Shown piece after piece: positions 12,555 to 27,349 of a stretch of 64,000 nucleotides of DNA. This stretch comes from Eledone cirrhosa. Taxonomy: Eukaryota. The stretch's first letter is position 1; each line of letters opens with the position of its first letter. Made by a program: the position numbers and the translations under genes. Under the pieces are notes generated by a model. That model did no database searches. It was not told where the DNA came from and saw only the letters and a program-made list of their open reading frames with translations. Location of the stretch: NCBI GenBank assembly GCA_964016885.1, contig OZ024741.1, positions 392,646,001-392,710,000 on the forward strand, read 5' to 3'.

Positions 12555-13076
12555 TTAGTCCAGCGAGTGACTTAAAAATTCTGGTACAAACACTACACCT
12601 GTGACAATTATTGACACATAGTGCTGGGCCCATGGTACCATGTGACGACAAGTGCAGAGAGATCTCCAGATATAAAGCAATGCCTGTGCCGTGAAGCTTT
12701 TATTGTGAGCAAAGGCACTGCACAAAGCCAGTCCCACTCTCTTAACCAAGATGATATTTACCAAAAAGAAGAACAAGTCAACATCATTGGATACCATCAG
12801 GGTTGCAGGTGTTATATCAGAGTTTTCCTTTTCCTAGAATTCTGCCTTGACAAAGGCTAAGGGGTCATCTCTCCCGGTGATTTTGGATGGCCATTGACTC
12901 TTAAGAGCTCCATTGCCCTTTGACAGGTTTTGTTTTTAGTCCTGCAGGATGTCCAAAGTCACCCTCCTCACCAAGAAATCTTCGTGGGGTTGCCAGTTTA
13001 GTCGCCAACGACCCGACCATGGGACAGGTTGTACTGGGATACATGTTACCAGTAGCACCAACTGGTGACCTGACAT
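12555..13076 (-). mobile_element. Degraded RTE-like 5' region; related piece at ~22290-22490
   Basis: CTAGGAAAAGGAAAACTCTGA 5'-UTR-type motif; ~110 nt shared with 22380-22490. Confidence 0.5.
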
Positions 13077-15015
13077 AATATACACATACATACATACATA
13101 CATATATATATATGTTTGTGTGCATATGTGTGTGAGAGAGCATGTATGTGTGTGTGTATGTGATATGGTCAGTGATGTTTTTTGTTTTCAAATAATTTTT
13201 TTTTTATTTAAAAATATTAAATATGGCAAAACACATTAAAGATAATGCTATAAAATGCCTACTGACCAAAATTGAAAGAAGATAAAAGAGAAATGAAAAA
13301 GAAAAACTAAGAAAAAATAATGGGAAAGCAAGAAATATTTTCTTTTTTTCATGCACGAAATGTTATATAAATAAATATATTTTACAAAAACAGGTGAAAA
13401 GTATGAAGAGACCTTAAAAAAAATAGAAAATAAAAAAAAAATTAAGAAGTGTTGCAACTGAGTATATAGATGAATAATATTTGCTAGAAATAGTAAGAAA
13501 GAATGCAAATTTCATTCAGAGAAAGACACAATACAAACACAATAGATCGCAGAAAGCAATAAAATGAAGTTGTTTTCAGAGAGTACATGGAATATGTGAA
13601 ATTATGAAGGATATAAATATCTGATAGGAGAAGAAGAAATAGTAAGCAATATATATGAAACATTTAGAAATAATCAGCAGCTGCATACACATCACCTATA
13701 AAATGATAGAAATTAAATTGAAATAATGATTAGAATATCTTGTCATACAGCCCTCCTTAACATTCCATATTAAACCCCCGAAAGAATAAACTGAAATTAT
13801 AAAAAAAAATATGACAGTTGAAGATAGAATGAAAGATAGGAATATATACAAGGAGACTGAAAGCAAACAGCAGAAGATAGAAAAATAGGGTTTAAAAATG
13901 CAATTAAGCTGACAGACTAGACATGCAAAACCGAGAACAGCTTACTGTACCAGACTGGCGACTTTTATCTACAAATAAAAAAGAATCGAAGAATACATTT
14001 ATAATATTTTCAAAGTAGATGTCTGGCCCACTAAAATATTTTGTGAATGATAGTGACATTAAAAAAGATACTAATTGATTTTTGAGCATATATGCGTAAT
14101 TAGATGATATAAACTAAAAGTTAATATGGTGGAGGCTTACCAAAGTTAAATAAGGTTCTTGGTAAAGAATTTTTATGTAGCATATACTATTAATTTATGC
14201 TAATTAGAAAATCAGTTAAACTAAGGTAATCCAGATTAGTTTTATATTTGAAATGTTCTTTGTACTTGTATATTCAATGGCATAAATATTTTAGAATAAA
14301 GAATACATTTTATATGGTAAACAATCCTGCCTGAACATTCACTGTCATCTCACAGCCAATGGAATCTCCAATTGACTGGCAGAAAAATATTTTATATACA
14401 TTACTGCACTGAAGTGTTTGTTGGTAGATGCAGTTACAAAAGGTGATTCAGTGTGAATAGTAAATAACTTTACTATCTAGATAATATAACTTCTAGAGAT
14501 GGATACAAATGGAGAAATACTAGTGTATGGGAGAAAACTACTGTTGGTAATATGGGTTTCATTTTATGTATAAAATGGAAAATATATAATGTATGAAATG
14601 TAATGCTGAATGAATGTAAAACATAGATAATAAATGTAGAAGATCTCCAAGAACTAGAGAGGAATAAGCTAGGCTGACTGTTGAATATGCAAAGTTGATT
14701 TCTATGAAATCCTAAGTTTAAATGAACAGAGAAGTAAGTTGGATGTTTGTAATATTGGCCAATGTATGTGGAAGAGAAACCTGCGCTGGTTTGAGTATAA
14801 TGGGAATCATTGATAGATGTGAAATGGAAGGTGCTGGGAGTTGAAAGTGTAGAGTAAACACTGTAGATATATTAATTCTTTTTAAGTTTATCTTGCTTAT
14901 ATCTACATTGTGTAGATGTAGATTAAGAGAAACTTGAGAAGAATAAATTAGATTAGGCCAGTAGATTGTTGGATACCAGTATGTTCATGTCATTGCCCTT
15001 CCCTAAACTTGCAGC

Positions 15016-15128
15016 AAAATTTGCTATTGATAAAAGTTTATTCAGAAAATTGATAAAATTTGCTATTGATAAAAGTTTATTCAGAAAATTGATAAAATTT
15101 GCTATTGATAAAAGTTTATTCAGAAAAA
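15016..15128. repeat. 39-bp tandem repeat x ~3
   Basis: AAAATTTGCTATTGATAAAAGTTTATTCAGAAAATTGAT. Confidence 0.9.
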
Positions 15129-18079
15129 ACATAATTTGTGAGTTGATTTGGTGTGCATGGTGAAAAATCCAATGCTTTAGACATTTGTTTTTCTTTGAAT
15201 AAAAAGAATATAGAGGTTGATGCCATGCACCTTTCTGCATGTATATAGAGGCTAATAGCCTCTATATACATTTTTTCTACAAATTTGTATTGATTAAATT
15301 TTTCTAATGCAAATTACAACTAGTTTCTTTAGATTCCAGATCTTACCTTGTTGTTGATGGGTTGGTCAGTACTATGAATCAATAAGCAGTAAGATTAAAT
15401 AGTTACGAAATTGTCATTTCCTCACTTATGAAACATGATGGAAGGTAAGTCTAATATTTACAACAAAACTAAATATGTTTAATTGTAATGATATAGAATA
15501 CACATTAAATATTCTTTTATATACCGTCCTGTTTGGTATTCCTACTATATGACATTTCCATATGTACCTCCTTCCAGCTATAATTATTTTCAGGGAATGT
15601 ATAATTTTACTAAATCTGGAATTAATGGTTAATTAATGAAAAATAAGAGAATACTAGTTCAATTATTTTTGTAATCACCCCCCCCCCCCAATACAATCTC
15701 ATATGTCTTTTCATATTGGAATCTAATGGATTTAACTCAACTTATGTGAAGTAGGCCTAAACAAATTAGCCCTGTATAATATCAATATTTTATTCCTACT
15801 TGTCAAACAAATACCGTGAGGTCTCTGCTTTGCTGAGGAGGTTTAAAAAGATGTCTAGAATTATCTCTCATACTTGCCAAAATTATTTAGATAATATTAG
15901 TCATTGAGCTAATATTGTCTTTTCCTCACTGTGTAAGTATTTTTAATAATATTTTTTTGACAGACCTGGATATTAACTATGAAAAATAAATAGCTGAATA
16001 TTAAAAAAATCACACAATGTTCATTTACACTTCATGGCTATGAGAGAGAGAAAAAAATAGCAAATTATAAGGATAAATAATGCCACTTTAAAAAAAAAGC
16101 AAGCTATCATTTGAAAGCAATTGCAATAATATATTTTGTCACAAAAAGCACTGTCTGTATAGTGATTAAAAAATAACAAAATATTTCCAAGTAGTAATGT
16201 CCTCGTAAAAATATTTTTGAAACATGTTATAATTATAATTTCAAATGTTGAATTTAATTCCTCCCAAGACAAAGGCTACCAGGGATATAGCATTCACTTA
16301 AGTAGTCAAACAAGAAGTCATGTGGCTTGATGAATCAGACTGTCTCTTAACTAGTGTTTAATGAATTTATTATGATTGGTGGATTGTAGATAATTAGATC
16401 ACAGTAAATACATTGCCTGTAAATTCATCAACTAGTAAATATATCATCATCATTATTTAACATATATTTTTTCTGCTAGCATGGGTTGGACAAGTCATCA
16501 TAAACTGAGTCAGTACTGAAACAATGCTACAGACCTCACAGATGGTCTAAATCTCACTCACATACATTCCCACAAGTGCTAAGACAGGCTCTGGGCCCAC
16601 ATCTCCCTAATATATGTTGCTGTGGTTTGCCAAGTGCATTTTATCATGGCCATGGCACCAGGACTAAGGATGGCGTCATGTTGTTGACAGTTGAAGAGTC
16701 CTCCTGACTCTTTGTTTGGCAGGTTTTAGCTGGATAGCCCTTCCTATTATCAACCACTCTACAAAGAGTACTAGGTTCATTTATTGTGTAGATCATCAAA
16801 CATTATTTGTACATTATATTTATACATTTTTCAACTCTGAATTCAATCAGTTAAATAATTGATTATAGCGATTTCAATTGTTGCAATCTACAAAGTTTGT
16901 CTGGCTGTTTAAAAGTTAAGAAAAAGGAGCCAGTCTCTGGCTCTTCTGGATGTTACAAGTAAATGGAATAAGAAAAGATTCTTTGAAAATTTATTTTCTT
17001 TCTAGAATGTTTCTTTATTACACCAATTTAAAATAATGCTACACTTTTACTTGACTATGCTAATATAATATATATTTTCTTGCATATATATAATATGTCT
17101 AGAATATATATATATTGTAATTCAGGAAAAATCTTTCTTTAATGCAATATATTTATTCTGTGAATACAAAAAAAAACTGATATATTTACCAAGATATAAT
17201 TAACAGCAATGAATTTAATGTTATGAATAAATAGTGAATCCCTTTAACTTACAACTATTAATGATGCTATATTGAGCCTTCATGTATGTATCATTATTAT
17301 TATAATATTTTTTTTGTTATGTTTCTCATTGAAGTTACATCTATATTCTGGTCTTGATGAATTGATTACCTCATAAAAATGAGAAACTAGAGATAAATGT
17401 TAACTCCTTATGAATTAAAAAAGATTTTAACTTTAGAACTAATACTGTAATATTTGACCCTTTCATTACTATATTTCTAAGAAGATAATATTGTCTATGA
17501 TTTTCAAATAATATTTTAGATAATCAAGATTTTAGAGTGGTTTAGTGTAATTATGAGGAAAGGTTTTCAAATCAAATAAACAGTTTTGTAATATTAAACT
17601 AAGGCCAGTTGGAAGCGGTTTGGTATCAAAAGAGTTAAAGGTAGTCAATTGATTTGACTCACTAAAGATTTGAGTAATCTGTTTTGAGATGTCACTTTGC
17701 TTGTCTAGAGTTGTTTTAATAATTCAAATTATCAATATTTGTTTGCAAAATATAATTTAGAGTGGAGTTTAATAAGTTGATTACTATCAAATATAAAGCA
17801 ATGGTCAAAGAAGCCTTAAAAGAAATGTTATTTAATAATGGAAGATTGGAAATGATAGCTTCATAGAGTGAATGGTTCCTGTAAGAAAGAAAAGATAAGA
17901 GGAAAATAGATAAATAGAAAAATATTTGAAAGTTGATCAAATATGAGAGAAAAGAGATATAGAAAGAAAAGTAGGGATGAATGAACAAAAGTTGGTTTAA
18001 TTTATAAATAAGAAAGAAAGATATAATTAAAGCAATGAACTTTTTAAAAATTAGAAATAAAAAATAAATCATTTATTAC

Positions 18080-18155
18080 CTTCAGCCATTTCTTGTAAGC
18101 CAACATCAAATGCCAGTTTGTCATTTGATGAACTAGTTGAGAGACATGACAGATA
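18080..18155 (-). CDS. RyR: Ryanodine receptor exon ([26 protein letters not shown])
   Basis: 76 nt, TTCCCAG acceptor, GTAATA donor. YLSCL..S...[11 protein letters not shown] is the RyR continuation; ends in phase 1. Confidence 0.95.
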
Positions 18156-19074
18156 CTGGGAAGAAAAATAAACATTTTTAGTATATGATGATGATGATGG
18201 CAGTAACAACAATAATAATAATTTCTAATTCAGGCACAAGGCCAGCAATTTTGTGAGGAGGAGTCAATTATATTGAACACGAGAACTTGACTGGTTATTG
18301 TATGAACCTTGGATCGATGAAAGGCAAAGTTTTACCTCGATGGGATTTGAACTCAAAATGTAATGAGCAGGAAAAAATACTGCTAAGCATTTGTTCACTG
18401 CTCTAATGACTCAGCCATGCTTTATAATAATAATAATTGTTTCTATTTTTTGGCACAAGGCCAGCAATTACCCAGTGCATTACAAGAGTTGACATATAGG
18501 GGACAATACAAAGGCAGGGACAGTGGGGTTTACAATAAAATATAGTAAAAATACACAATAACAAAAACCATTAACATTGAAAATATATAAAAATGTATAA
18601 CAAATATAAAAATATATAAAAATATAACAAAATAAATTCCCCAATAGGATGCGAACCATCCAGGGGTGACTCAGGTACCCCACCAATCCTGAAGTACCCA
18701 ACACTTTGACAGCACCATGGAAGAGCATCCCTCTCCCCCTCAAGTTAACCAGCCTAGGTGCATGCTCAGAGTAGGCCCATTCACATGGGCCATTCTCGCC
18801 ACATTCACCCACCTTTTAGCAAATGTACTGGGGGAGCAGCCCTTCTCTCTCCACCCTCACCTTCTTTTCCAAGTGAAACTTGAAAAAGTTGATAATAATA
18901 ATGACAATAATAACTGAAATACTGTCATAGAAAAAGTACCATGACCTATTAACCAACAGCTCCGCCCTATAGAACAAAAACGCTGCAAGAAAAAAATCAA
19001 TAGAAACAAAATTCCATCTCGTCATATACAAGATATTGATCAAAGACTTGGAGGACCCACCTAAATGTCATGGA

Positions 19075-19570
19075 TGACTTTTAAAACAGCATGAAAGATA
19101 ATGCCCCATTTGTGGATTTTTGAATCTATGAAGATGTTTGGGTGGCAGTTAATCTAAACAAATTAGTAAAATATAGCATGAAGCAATGGAGAATTAATCT
19201 GTAATAGGCAATTATAACATAAAAAGGTAGTTTTTAGGGTAACTTCTTTTCCTCATTGCTATTTCTCATTACTCTTATACCAATATTGTTAGTATTGTTG
19301 AAGATGATGATGGAGCATAAGTTGAAAAAGGATGCTTCTAACCCATCTTTAAACCAACTGTTGTTTATGGACACTTGGAAACTCTTTGTAAAGTCTGAAA
19401 CTCAGCTATAGTTGCTAATCCAAACAGTCTAAAGGTACCGCTAGGATATACATGTGGAAGTTGGCATCACAAAATGTGCAGTTGTCAACGTGAACAAGGG
19501 AAAAATTTCCATTTTGTGAATGACTGAAAACCCATGTGAGGACATATAATCAAGGATCGTAGAGATTGAT
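19075..19570 (+). mobile_element. Highly degraded Dong/R4 RT fragment
   Basis: Remnants of PHLWI, QLLFMD, GITKCA. Confidence 0.5.
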
Positions 19571-19999
19571 GAGACATTGCGTGGATCAATGTGTGTGTGT
19601 GTGTGGTCATGTGTGTGTGTGGTTGTGTGTGGATTTTGCATGTAAACAAATTTTAACAAAGTTAAAAAAAAGATAACAATAAAATTACAACAAAGAAGGT
19701 TCCTCAATAGGGAGGAAACATTTGAGGGTCATTGATGGAAAAAACCCCATAAAATCACGGATACTCTGATCTTTAGGGCAAGTGCCCTGTTCCAGTTGTA
19801 CTCCTCCAATTTACAGGCTTACACTCAAAGTGGGACCATTCACTCAGGCCATGTTCGCTTCTCTCACCCACCTTTCAACTAATTGCTTTGAAGATAGCAC
19901 TTCTCTCTCTACTCTTATTTTCTTCCTCAAGTGGAATTTGATGAAGAAGTTAATCAGGGCTTCTCCAATAATAATAATAATAATAAAACAAAATCTTTG

Positions 20000-22085
20000 C
20001 TAAAGATGCCAAAAGATTTTACAGAGAGTTAGGTAAGAAATACTGAAATAAGACAACCACCTGAGCTTGAGGAGCTTGAACACTTCTGGGCAAATATCTG
20101 GGAAAAAGCTAAAGACCTCAACTCCAATACCACATGGCTGGAACAATTGGAAATCCTTGCTTACATCCAGGAATGGAATGAGATCACCTCACAAGAAATA
20201 AAAACAGCAGTCAACAATGTTGGAAACTGGAAATCACCGGGTATGCAAAATTTCTGGCTGAAACATCTGGATGTGCTCCATGAAGGCTTGGCTGCTGAAT
20301 TCTCCAGGATTGTAGCAAACCCAAGAGAGGTCCCAAAGTGGATGACAACTGGCGTAACATATCTTCTACCAAAGAATGAATGCACAGAAAATCCCCCAAA
20401 CTACAGACCAATTACATGTCTCCCAATGATGTACAAAGCCCTCACACCAGTAACAGGGTCTAAAGTTATCTCGTCTATGGAGATCTATTGCCACCTGAAC
20501 AAAAAGGCTGTAAAGAAGAGTTATGAGTGCAAAAATCAGCTGCTGATGAATAGACTCATAACAAAAAACTGCAAACAAAAAAAGAACAACCTGTCAATGG
20601 CCTAGATATACTACAAGAAGGCATTCGACAGCATACCTCATACATGGATCATAAAGACACTAGAAATGTATCACATAACACCTGAGATCACAACTTTTTT
20701 GAAGGCAATGATGACAGACTGGAAAACTACGATGGTCCTTCAACACCACGATGGACCACTGGAATCTAGACAGATCAAGATTAATCGTGGAATATTCCAA
20801 GGTGATTCATTGTCCCCTTTGCTGTTCTGTATGTCACTGGCTATGTTAAGTCAGTTACTGCGGAGGACAGGTTATGGATATAAAACAGACAAAGGACACG
20901 ACAATCACCTTCTTTATATGGATGATATCAAGCTTTTTGGAAACAATGATTGGCAGCTGGAAGGTTTATTGCACACAGTTAAACAATTCAGTGATGACAT
21001 CCATATGGAATTTGCACTGGACAAATGTGTAAAAGCCACCCACATTCAAGAGAGGATTGCTCTCTAGCCATAAAGATATTGTGATAGACCAACAAACCAC
21101 CATAAAGGAACTTAACAATGAAGAGTTCTGCAAATATCTTGGAGTTAATGAAGGAGATGGAATCTAGCATGAAAGTATGAAGGAAAAGATACGGAAGGGG
21201 TACATAAGCAGAGTGAGACTGTAACAAGTTCAAAGCCATTAACAGTCTAGTAGTACCAGTTGTAACATACAGCTTTAACATCATAAACTGGAACCTGCAA
21301 GAACTACAAAGGTTGGACACTAAGGCAAGGAAACTATTGACAATGGAAAGAATGCACCACCCTAAAGCCGATGTACATAGGCTGTATATCTCAAGGAGAG
21401 AAGGGGGCTCTGACAACTGGAAGCTGCATACAAAACAGCAACCATTGGATAGCTACCTCCGCCACACCTGAGATGAACTTCTTATGCCTGTACTGAAGCA
21501 TGAATGAATTAAGAAACTACAAACAATAACAAAAAAGGCAAGAAAATTTAGGCAAAAACTGAACATGGAACAAGACAGAAAATAAACAACAGAGTGCTGG
21601 ACAGCTAACTATGACTGTGAAGATCAAAGCAAAGAAACTCACTATCCTGGCTCAGAGGTGCTAGTTTGAAAACAGAAACTGGGGGACTCTTAGTTGCTGC
21701 ACAAGACCAAACTCTAAACACTCGGGCCTATAGACACAGAATAGTGAAAGATGGGACTAGCCCTCTATGCAGAATATGCTACAAACATGATGAAATGGTA
21801 GATCATGTTATCTCTGGGTGTTCAGAGCTGGCAAAAACTGACTATATAGAAAGACACAACCGCATTGCTAAATATGTGCATTTGATGCTCTGCTGCTCTC
21901 ATGACATCCAAACTTCTGACAAATAGTATGAACATCAACCAAATACAGTCATGGAAAAGGGCAACATCTCCATCTTGTGGGATATGCCTGTGATAACCGA
22001 CTGAGAAATTGCTGCCAACAGGCCAGATATCATCATAAAAAACAAAATAGATCAGACATGTAGCCTTATAGATATTTCCATATGA
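20000..22085 (+). mobile_element. Dong/R4-clade LINE relic (RT + CCHC + REL endonuclease)
   Basis: NWKSPG, NYRPITCL, RGIFQGDSLSPLLF, HLLYMDDIKL, AAQDQ, CRIC..HVISGC..RHN, NRPDII. Confidence 0.88.
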
Positions 22086-22540
22086 ACAGAATAAAGAACA
22101 AAAATAACAGATTCAAGTAAATAAATTAAATGAAACAATACTTTACTTAACACAGCTCATTACCTAACAAATAAATAAAAGTAAGAAAATGTTACTGAGA
22201 TATCGTCTTACAAGAACACCATATACTGTCCAATGTAGAATTCAGTATACTACCAACTAAAGAGATGACTGCATGCATGGTTATATAGTTGGTGTAGATG
22301 GCCATTGACTCTCAGGAATTCATCTGCCCTTTTAACAGCTCTTCTTTTTGTGCTGCTGGGGTTCCACTTACACTTCTCCTCAGACCAGGATCTGGTGGGG
22401 GAGCTGGTTTAGTTGCCAACCACTTGACCATGAAGCAGGTTGTACAGGGTTATATAGTACCAGTAGCATGCAGAAGCTTGACCTGACCATAATACTAGTT
22501 AAAGAATAAAAAACAAAACAATTAGAAATGTTTTACTTAC

Positions 22541-22612
22541 CATGCTACTGTGAAGATGTCGAAGTAATACAGCATGGCCATATAAAAGAGTTCTATGTCC
22601 TGACTGTGTGGC
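22541..22612 (-). CDS. RyR: Ryanodine receptor exon (ATQSGHRTLLYGHAVLLRHLHSSM)
   Basis: 72 nt, CTACAG acceptor, GTAAGT donor. GHRTLLYGHAxLLRH is diagnostic of RyR; in frame with the previous exon. Not in the ORF track. Confidence 0.95.
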
Positions 22613-23299
22613 CTGTAGATAAAGGAAAGAAAAATTATAGTACATCTGGAAAAAAAAGAGGCTGTAACTAGTCATAAAAGTACCATCCTAACACACAGAA
22701 TGTCTTGGGCATTTTCAAAACCTGGTGGAGCCCAACCCTCTCCAGGTGTGAACATAGGCAATTTCTCTCAGAGAAACAAAGAGAGCATGATGAAGAGAAA
22801 TAAAGGAAACACTGGACTGATACTTTATCAATCCTGAAAGGATGAAAGTTGACCTTTAGATTTGAACTGAGAGTGTAGTGAGCTAGACAGATGAATTTAA
22901 TCTGTCTTAGAGTACATCTGATAAAGGTAATAAAATCAGTGCATATGTGAAAAAAATTTGAAATTAAGAGTTTGTATTTTCTGTCCCTTATACCTAGAAA
23001 CAAACATACAAATGATGTATTTTTTGTTGGTATAACTCTCTTGTAACAATAAAATGAGGATCTTTTTGACTAGGCACAAAATTAACTTTTTCTTTTGAAT
23101 AAGTATAACAGCAATTTGAGGTACGGCCAATTACATCGATCCAAGACTTAACAGGTACTTTATTTTAGTCATCCTGGAAAGGTAAAAGGCAAGGTTGACC
23201 TCGGCAAGATTTGAACTTAGAATCTAAAGGCCCAGAACAAATACTGCATAACATTTCTTCCAGCACTCCAATGACTCTGCCAATCGATTCTTCTATTGG

Positions 23300-23995
23300 C
23301 TAGAAGTATACAAGATGCTGGAGACAGAACATGAAAAAAAGACAACAAAAAAAAAAAGAGTGGGATTTACATCAAGTAAGGGGAAGGAGACATTAACAAA
23401 GGTAAAGCAGTAGATCCAACAATAACACAAATTGTCTCTAATAAACAGTAACAGTAATAATACAAAAAAACAAATAGGAAAAGTTCCCCAATGGAAGAGG
23501 GAGGGGAGTTGCAAATAAAGGTAACTCTCATTCAGCCTTGTCAATGTTGCTACTCTTACCCATCTTTCATAAAACACACTAGAAGGCAGCACCTTCCTCT
23601 CTATCCTGACTTTCCTCTTCAAGTGGTACATCAAAAAGTTTATGAAGGTCTGGCTAAGAAAGATTTCTATCTTCAAACTTTTTAGATGAGTTCACCATAC
23701 AGACAAAGGAAGAGTTGCTATATTTTCCTTCTAAAGGAAGATGGCAGTTCAATTTTCACCATAATTTTCACCTAGATCTGTTTGACTCAAGCTCCCATGT
23801 CTGCAATGTCTGGACACTGGGAAATAACATGCAGGATGGTTTCATCATCCAGTGTACATTTCAGACAGGTTTGGTCAGTTGTTGGTACCTCTGTGCTTGT
23901 AGAGCATGACCTGAACTGGTAGTGCCCCCTGCAACATTGCCATGGCAAGGAATTTGGTAATTGTCCATAATCCCTGATCAATGTTTTCCAGAAGA
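23300..23995 (-). mobile_element. Tx1/L1-like 3' end; related fragments at 18490-18895, 19640-19970, 28530-29035
   Basis: LPWQCCRG..CLKC..ETILHVISQC zinc-knuckle-like motif; HLKRKVRIER motif shared by four minus-strand copies. Confidence 0.6.
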
Positions 23996-24659
23996 TCTGC
24001 TCCGACTGTCTTTGTTAAATGATAATAGTTTCTGATTCAGGCACAAAGCCAACAATTTTGGGGGAATGGGAAAGTCGATTTAATCAACCCGATACAAAAG
24101 ATATAGCGATAGTAGCAAAGCCAGCAGGCTTGACTGAATGTTGCAGACCCGTTTTTATGATTACACAACATAGCCCAGACAAAGACAAAAACAACAACAA
24201 TAAAACCCACAACAACTTTTAAAATATTTTGTACTACTGAGTTTGCTACTTACAGCCCGCCATAGCAACCCTGAAAACTACCAACACCACCAACACATTA
24301 CTGTGTCCCCCATCCCCAATACCACCACGACAACAACCACCACAATCACTACCACCACTACCACTAATCTGCAAGTGATTTAAGAAAAATAACAACATCG
24401 ACTTACAAAGTTACAACAAAAGTGACAATGATAACAACATTATCACTATCATTATGAAAGTTAACTACATGGACAACAACAACAACAGCAATAATTGTGA
24501 TAACAATAATATAATATAATAAAATATAATAAAATATAATATAATAAAATAATATAATATAATAATTGTTTCTACTTTAGGCACAAGGCCAGCAATTACC
24601 CAGTACATTACTGGTACTTTATTTTATCGACCCCGTAAGGATGAAAGGCAAGTTATAAT

Positions 24660-25205
24660 AATAATATAATAATGATAATAATAATGAAATATTGTGTACA
24701 GTGCTCAGGTGCACTACAACTCATGAAAAAGTGTATGTATAGTACGTAGGGTAATGTACAAACGTCAGGAAAATTACCTCGGCCTTCTTGACAATCTTAG
24801 AGACATGCTTTGTCCAACACAAATCGCTGCTGACAGTAATGCCCAGGTCACGTTCACAAGAGGACTTCTTGATATCAGTGTTGTGGAGGGAGTATGTGGA
24901 CGCTGGATTTTTCCTCCCAAAATGCATGGTGGTACACTTCTCCACAGCCAGCTTCAGTTGCCAGTCTGTGCTCCATTGCTGCATTGTGTCCAGGTCTGAT
25001 TGTAGATTTCAGGATCAGTCCTTTTGATTTCAAGATACAGTTTGATGCCATCTGCATATTTCAGTACCGTGGCATTCTTTAAGTTGGCATCTATGTCATT
25101 AATATATGCCACAAACAAAAGGGGACCAAGAACAGATCCCTGTGGTACACCAGCTGACATCTCATATGGTGAAGAATACTGTCCTAGAACCGTGACTACC
25201 TCTAA
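24660..25205 (-). mobile_element. Internally deleted copy of the 58540 LINE family
   Basis: GVPQGSVLGPLLF...KYADGIKLY; 3' end GTTGTAGTGCACCTGAGCAC shared. Confidence 0.8.
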
Positions 25206-25289
25206 TGATTTCTTTATTAACCACACAGAGACCACATTAATCGATGGTAGTAATAGTAATAACTAACAGCAACGGCAACTCCAGTGGAG

Positions 25290-26820
25290 CCATCAACTAT
25301 AGTAATAGTTGGCTCCAACTTCTGGTTAAAATATTTAACAGGGACACATGAAATGCTTGCAAAGAACTTAACGAAATTCTGATAGAACAAAAAAAAAACA
25401 CCTGACTCGCGCACTAAGGAAAAAAACCATCCTGATCCCCCAAAATAATGACACAGCAAACCCAGAAAATTACAGACCCGTAATATGCTTGCCTACTACA
25501 TAGAAAACCTTAACTTCAATACAATCACAGAAAATATCCAAACACCTGGAAAAAAAACAACCTGCTCCCAGAAGAACAAAGGATGCCACAGAGGCTGATA
25601 TGGATGCAAAGACCAGTTGTTAATAAATAAAGCCATAACTGTAAAAAAGAAAAAAAAAAAAATCCTCAGCATGGTTTGGATTGATTACGAAAAAGCATTT
25701 GACAGTATTCCCCATACATGGATACTCAACACACTAGCCATGAATAGGGTATCAACAAAAATAACAACATTTATCAAACATGCCATGAGAAAATGGCAAA
25801 TAATTCTGCTGATACAAACAAAGGATAAAACAATATCCCAATCAACCATCTCTTATAAATTGTTTTATTCAGAATAAAATAATGGGAAAGTTAACCATCT
25901 CTTATAAATTGATGATCTAAAGCTGTATGCACTGCTCCAAACTGTACACAGATTCATAAAAAAGTAGGCATGAAATTTGGATTAGAAAAATGTGCTAAGG
26001 CAACTTTGAAGAGAGGGAAACTAGTGAAAAGCAATAATATCATGTTAGATAAAGAAACAGAACTAGACTAAACTCAGACATACAAATACTTAATAATCAA
26101 CGAACTAGATTAGATTCAACACACACAGATGAAAGAAAAGATTAGAAAAGAATACTACAGAAGAATTAGGTTAATACTCAAAACGGAACTAAATGTAAAG
26201 AATAAAGTGATTGCTATCAACATTTTAGCAGTCCCAGTAATGAGCTACAGCTTTAACATTCTGAACTGGACACTAAAATAACTAGCTAGAATAGATAGAA
26301 AAACAAGAAAAATATTAACCTCATTTAGAATACACTATCCAAAATCAGATGTAGAAAGATTATACTGACCAAGAACAAAAAGGGAAAGGGGCCTTATGCA
26401 ACTAAAAAACTCTTATAAAATAACTACTGTAGGACTTCAAAAATACTAAATCAAAACACAGGAAAACTAATACAAATAGCCACGAAACATGAAAAAACAA
26501 AAAAGAAACTGTTCTCTGTCTTCAAAGAAGCCAAAAAATTCAAATCAGAAACTGGCATAACAGATAAATGTGAGGAAAATGAAAACAAAGAAAAAAAGCA
26601 ATAGAAATTGTGAAGGACATAAAATTTAAATTGAAAACTGACATCCAGAATGCCATTTTAAAAAAGCTAATAGAAAGGAAGTAGACAAAGAAAACACACA
26701 AAACTGGCTCCGAAGCACTGGACTAAAAGTTGAGATGAAGGATTTCTAATTGCAGTGCAGGATCAGAGTCTACCCACCAGAAACTACCAGAAGTGCATAA
26801 TGAAACAAAGCACAATAAGA
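25290..26820 (+). mobile_element. Dong/R4 LINE relic
   Basis: NYRP, WIDYEKAFDSIPH, FGLEKCAK, AVQDQ. Confidence 0.8.
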
Positions 26821-26829
26821 ATATATATT

Positions 26830-27300
26830 TCTAAGTCCTGGGGCTTTGGCTATGTATTTGTCTGCGTGGGTTTTTAATCATTCTTAGAGCACCTATTATT
26901 ATAGGTATTGTTTCTATTTTCATTAATCCATGTCCTCCTTCTTTCCTAGGGAGATATATTCTATCTGTATCTGCCTTAGGGTGATGCATTCTGTTCATGG
27001 TTAAGAATTTTATAATTTTTGTATCGAGCCTACGTATCTCTGTGCTTGACCAGTTGGTGACATTGAAACTGTAAGTTACTACTGGTATGGCAAGCGTGTT
27101 TATGGCATCGATCCTATTCCTTGCATTCAACTCCATTCTTAAGATTGCTCTTACTCTGCGGTAACATTCTTTCCTTATCCTTTCCCGCATTGTTGAGTGC
27201 TTGAGTCCGTCTCCTCCACAAACACCTAGATATTTGTAAGTTTCCTCTTGATCAAGTTCTCTTATCACATTCCCCCAATCAAGATTAATGTCTGTTGTTA
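26830..27300 (-). mobile_element. Dong/R4 LINE fragment
   Basis: YKYLG..AINTLAIPVVTYSF..HHPKAD..YLPRKEGG. Confidence 0.82.
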
Positions 27301-27349
27301 TTATTATTATTGTTCTTTGAGCCTCAGTCATTGATGTTAGTTAACTGGA

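Noticed and set aside
12990-13076. HDV-like ribozyme at a putative RTE 5' end (GG-GTCG-TTGG-CGA-CTAA-ACTGG)
   Set aside because: The 3' half looks right, but P1/P3 could not be placed in canonical order by eye; needs a descriptor search.
15347-15371. Possible 25-nt RyR micro-exon (AG...GTAAG on -)
   Set aside because: Not frame-preserving and unlike the expected EACWW exon.
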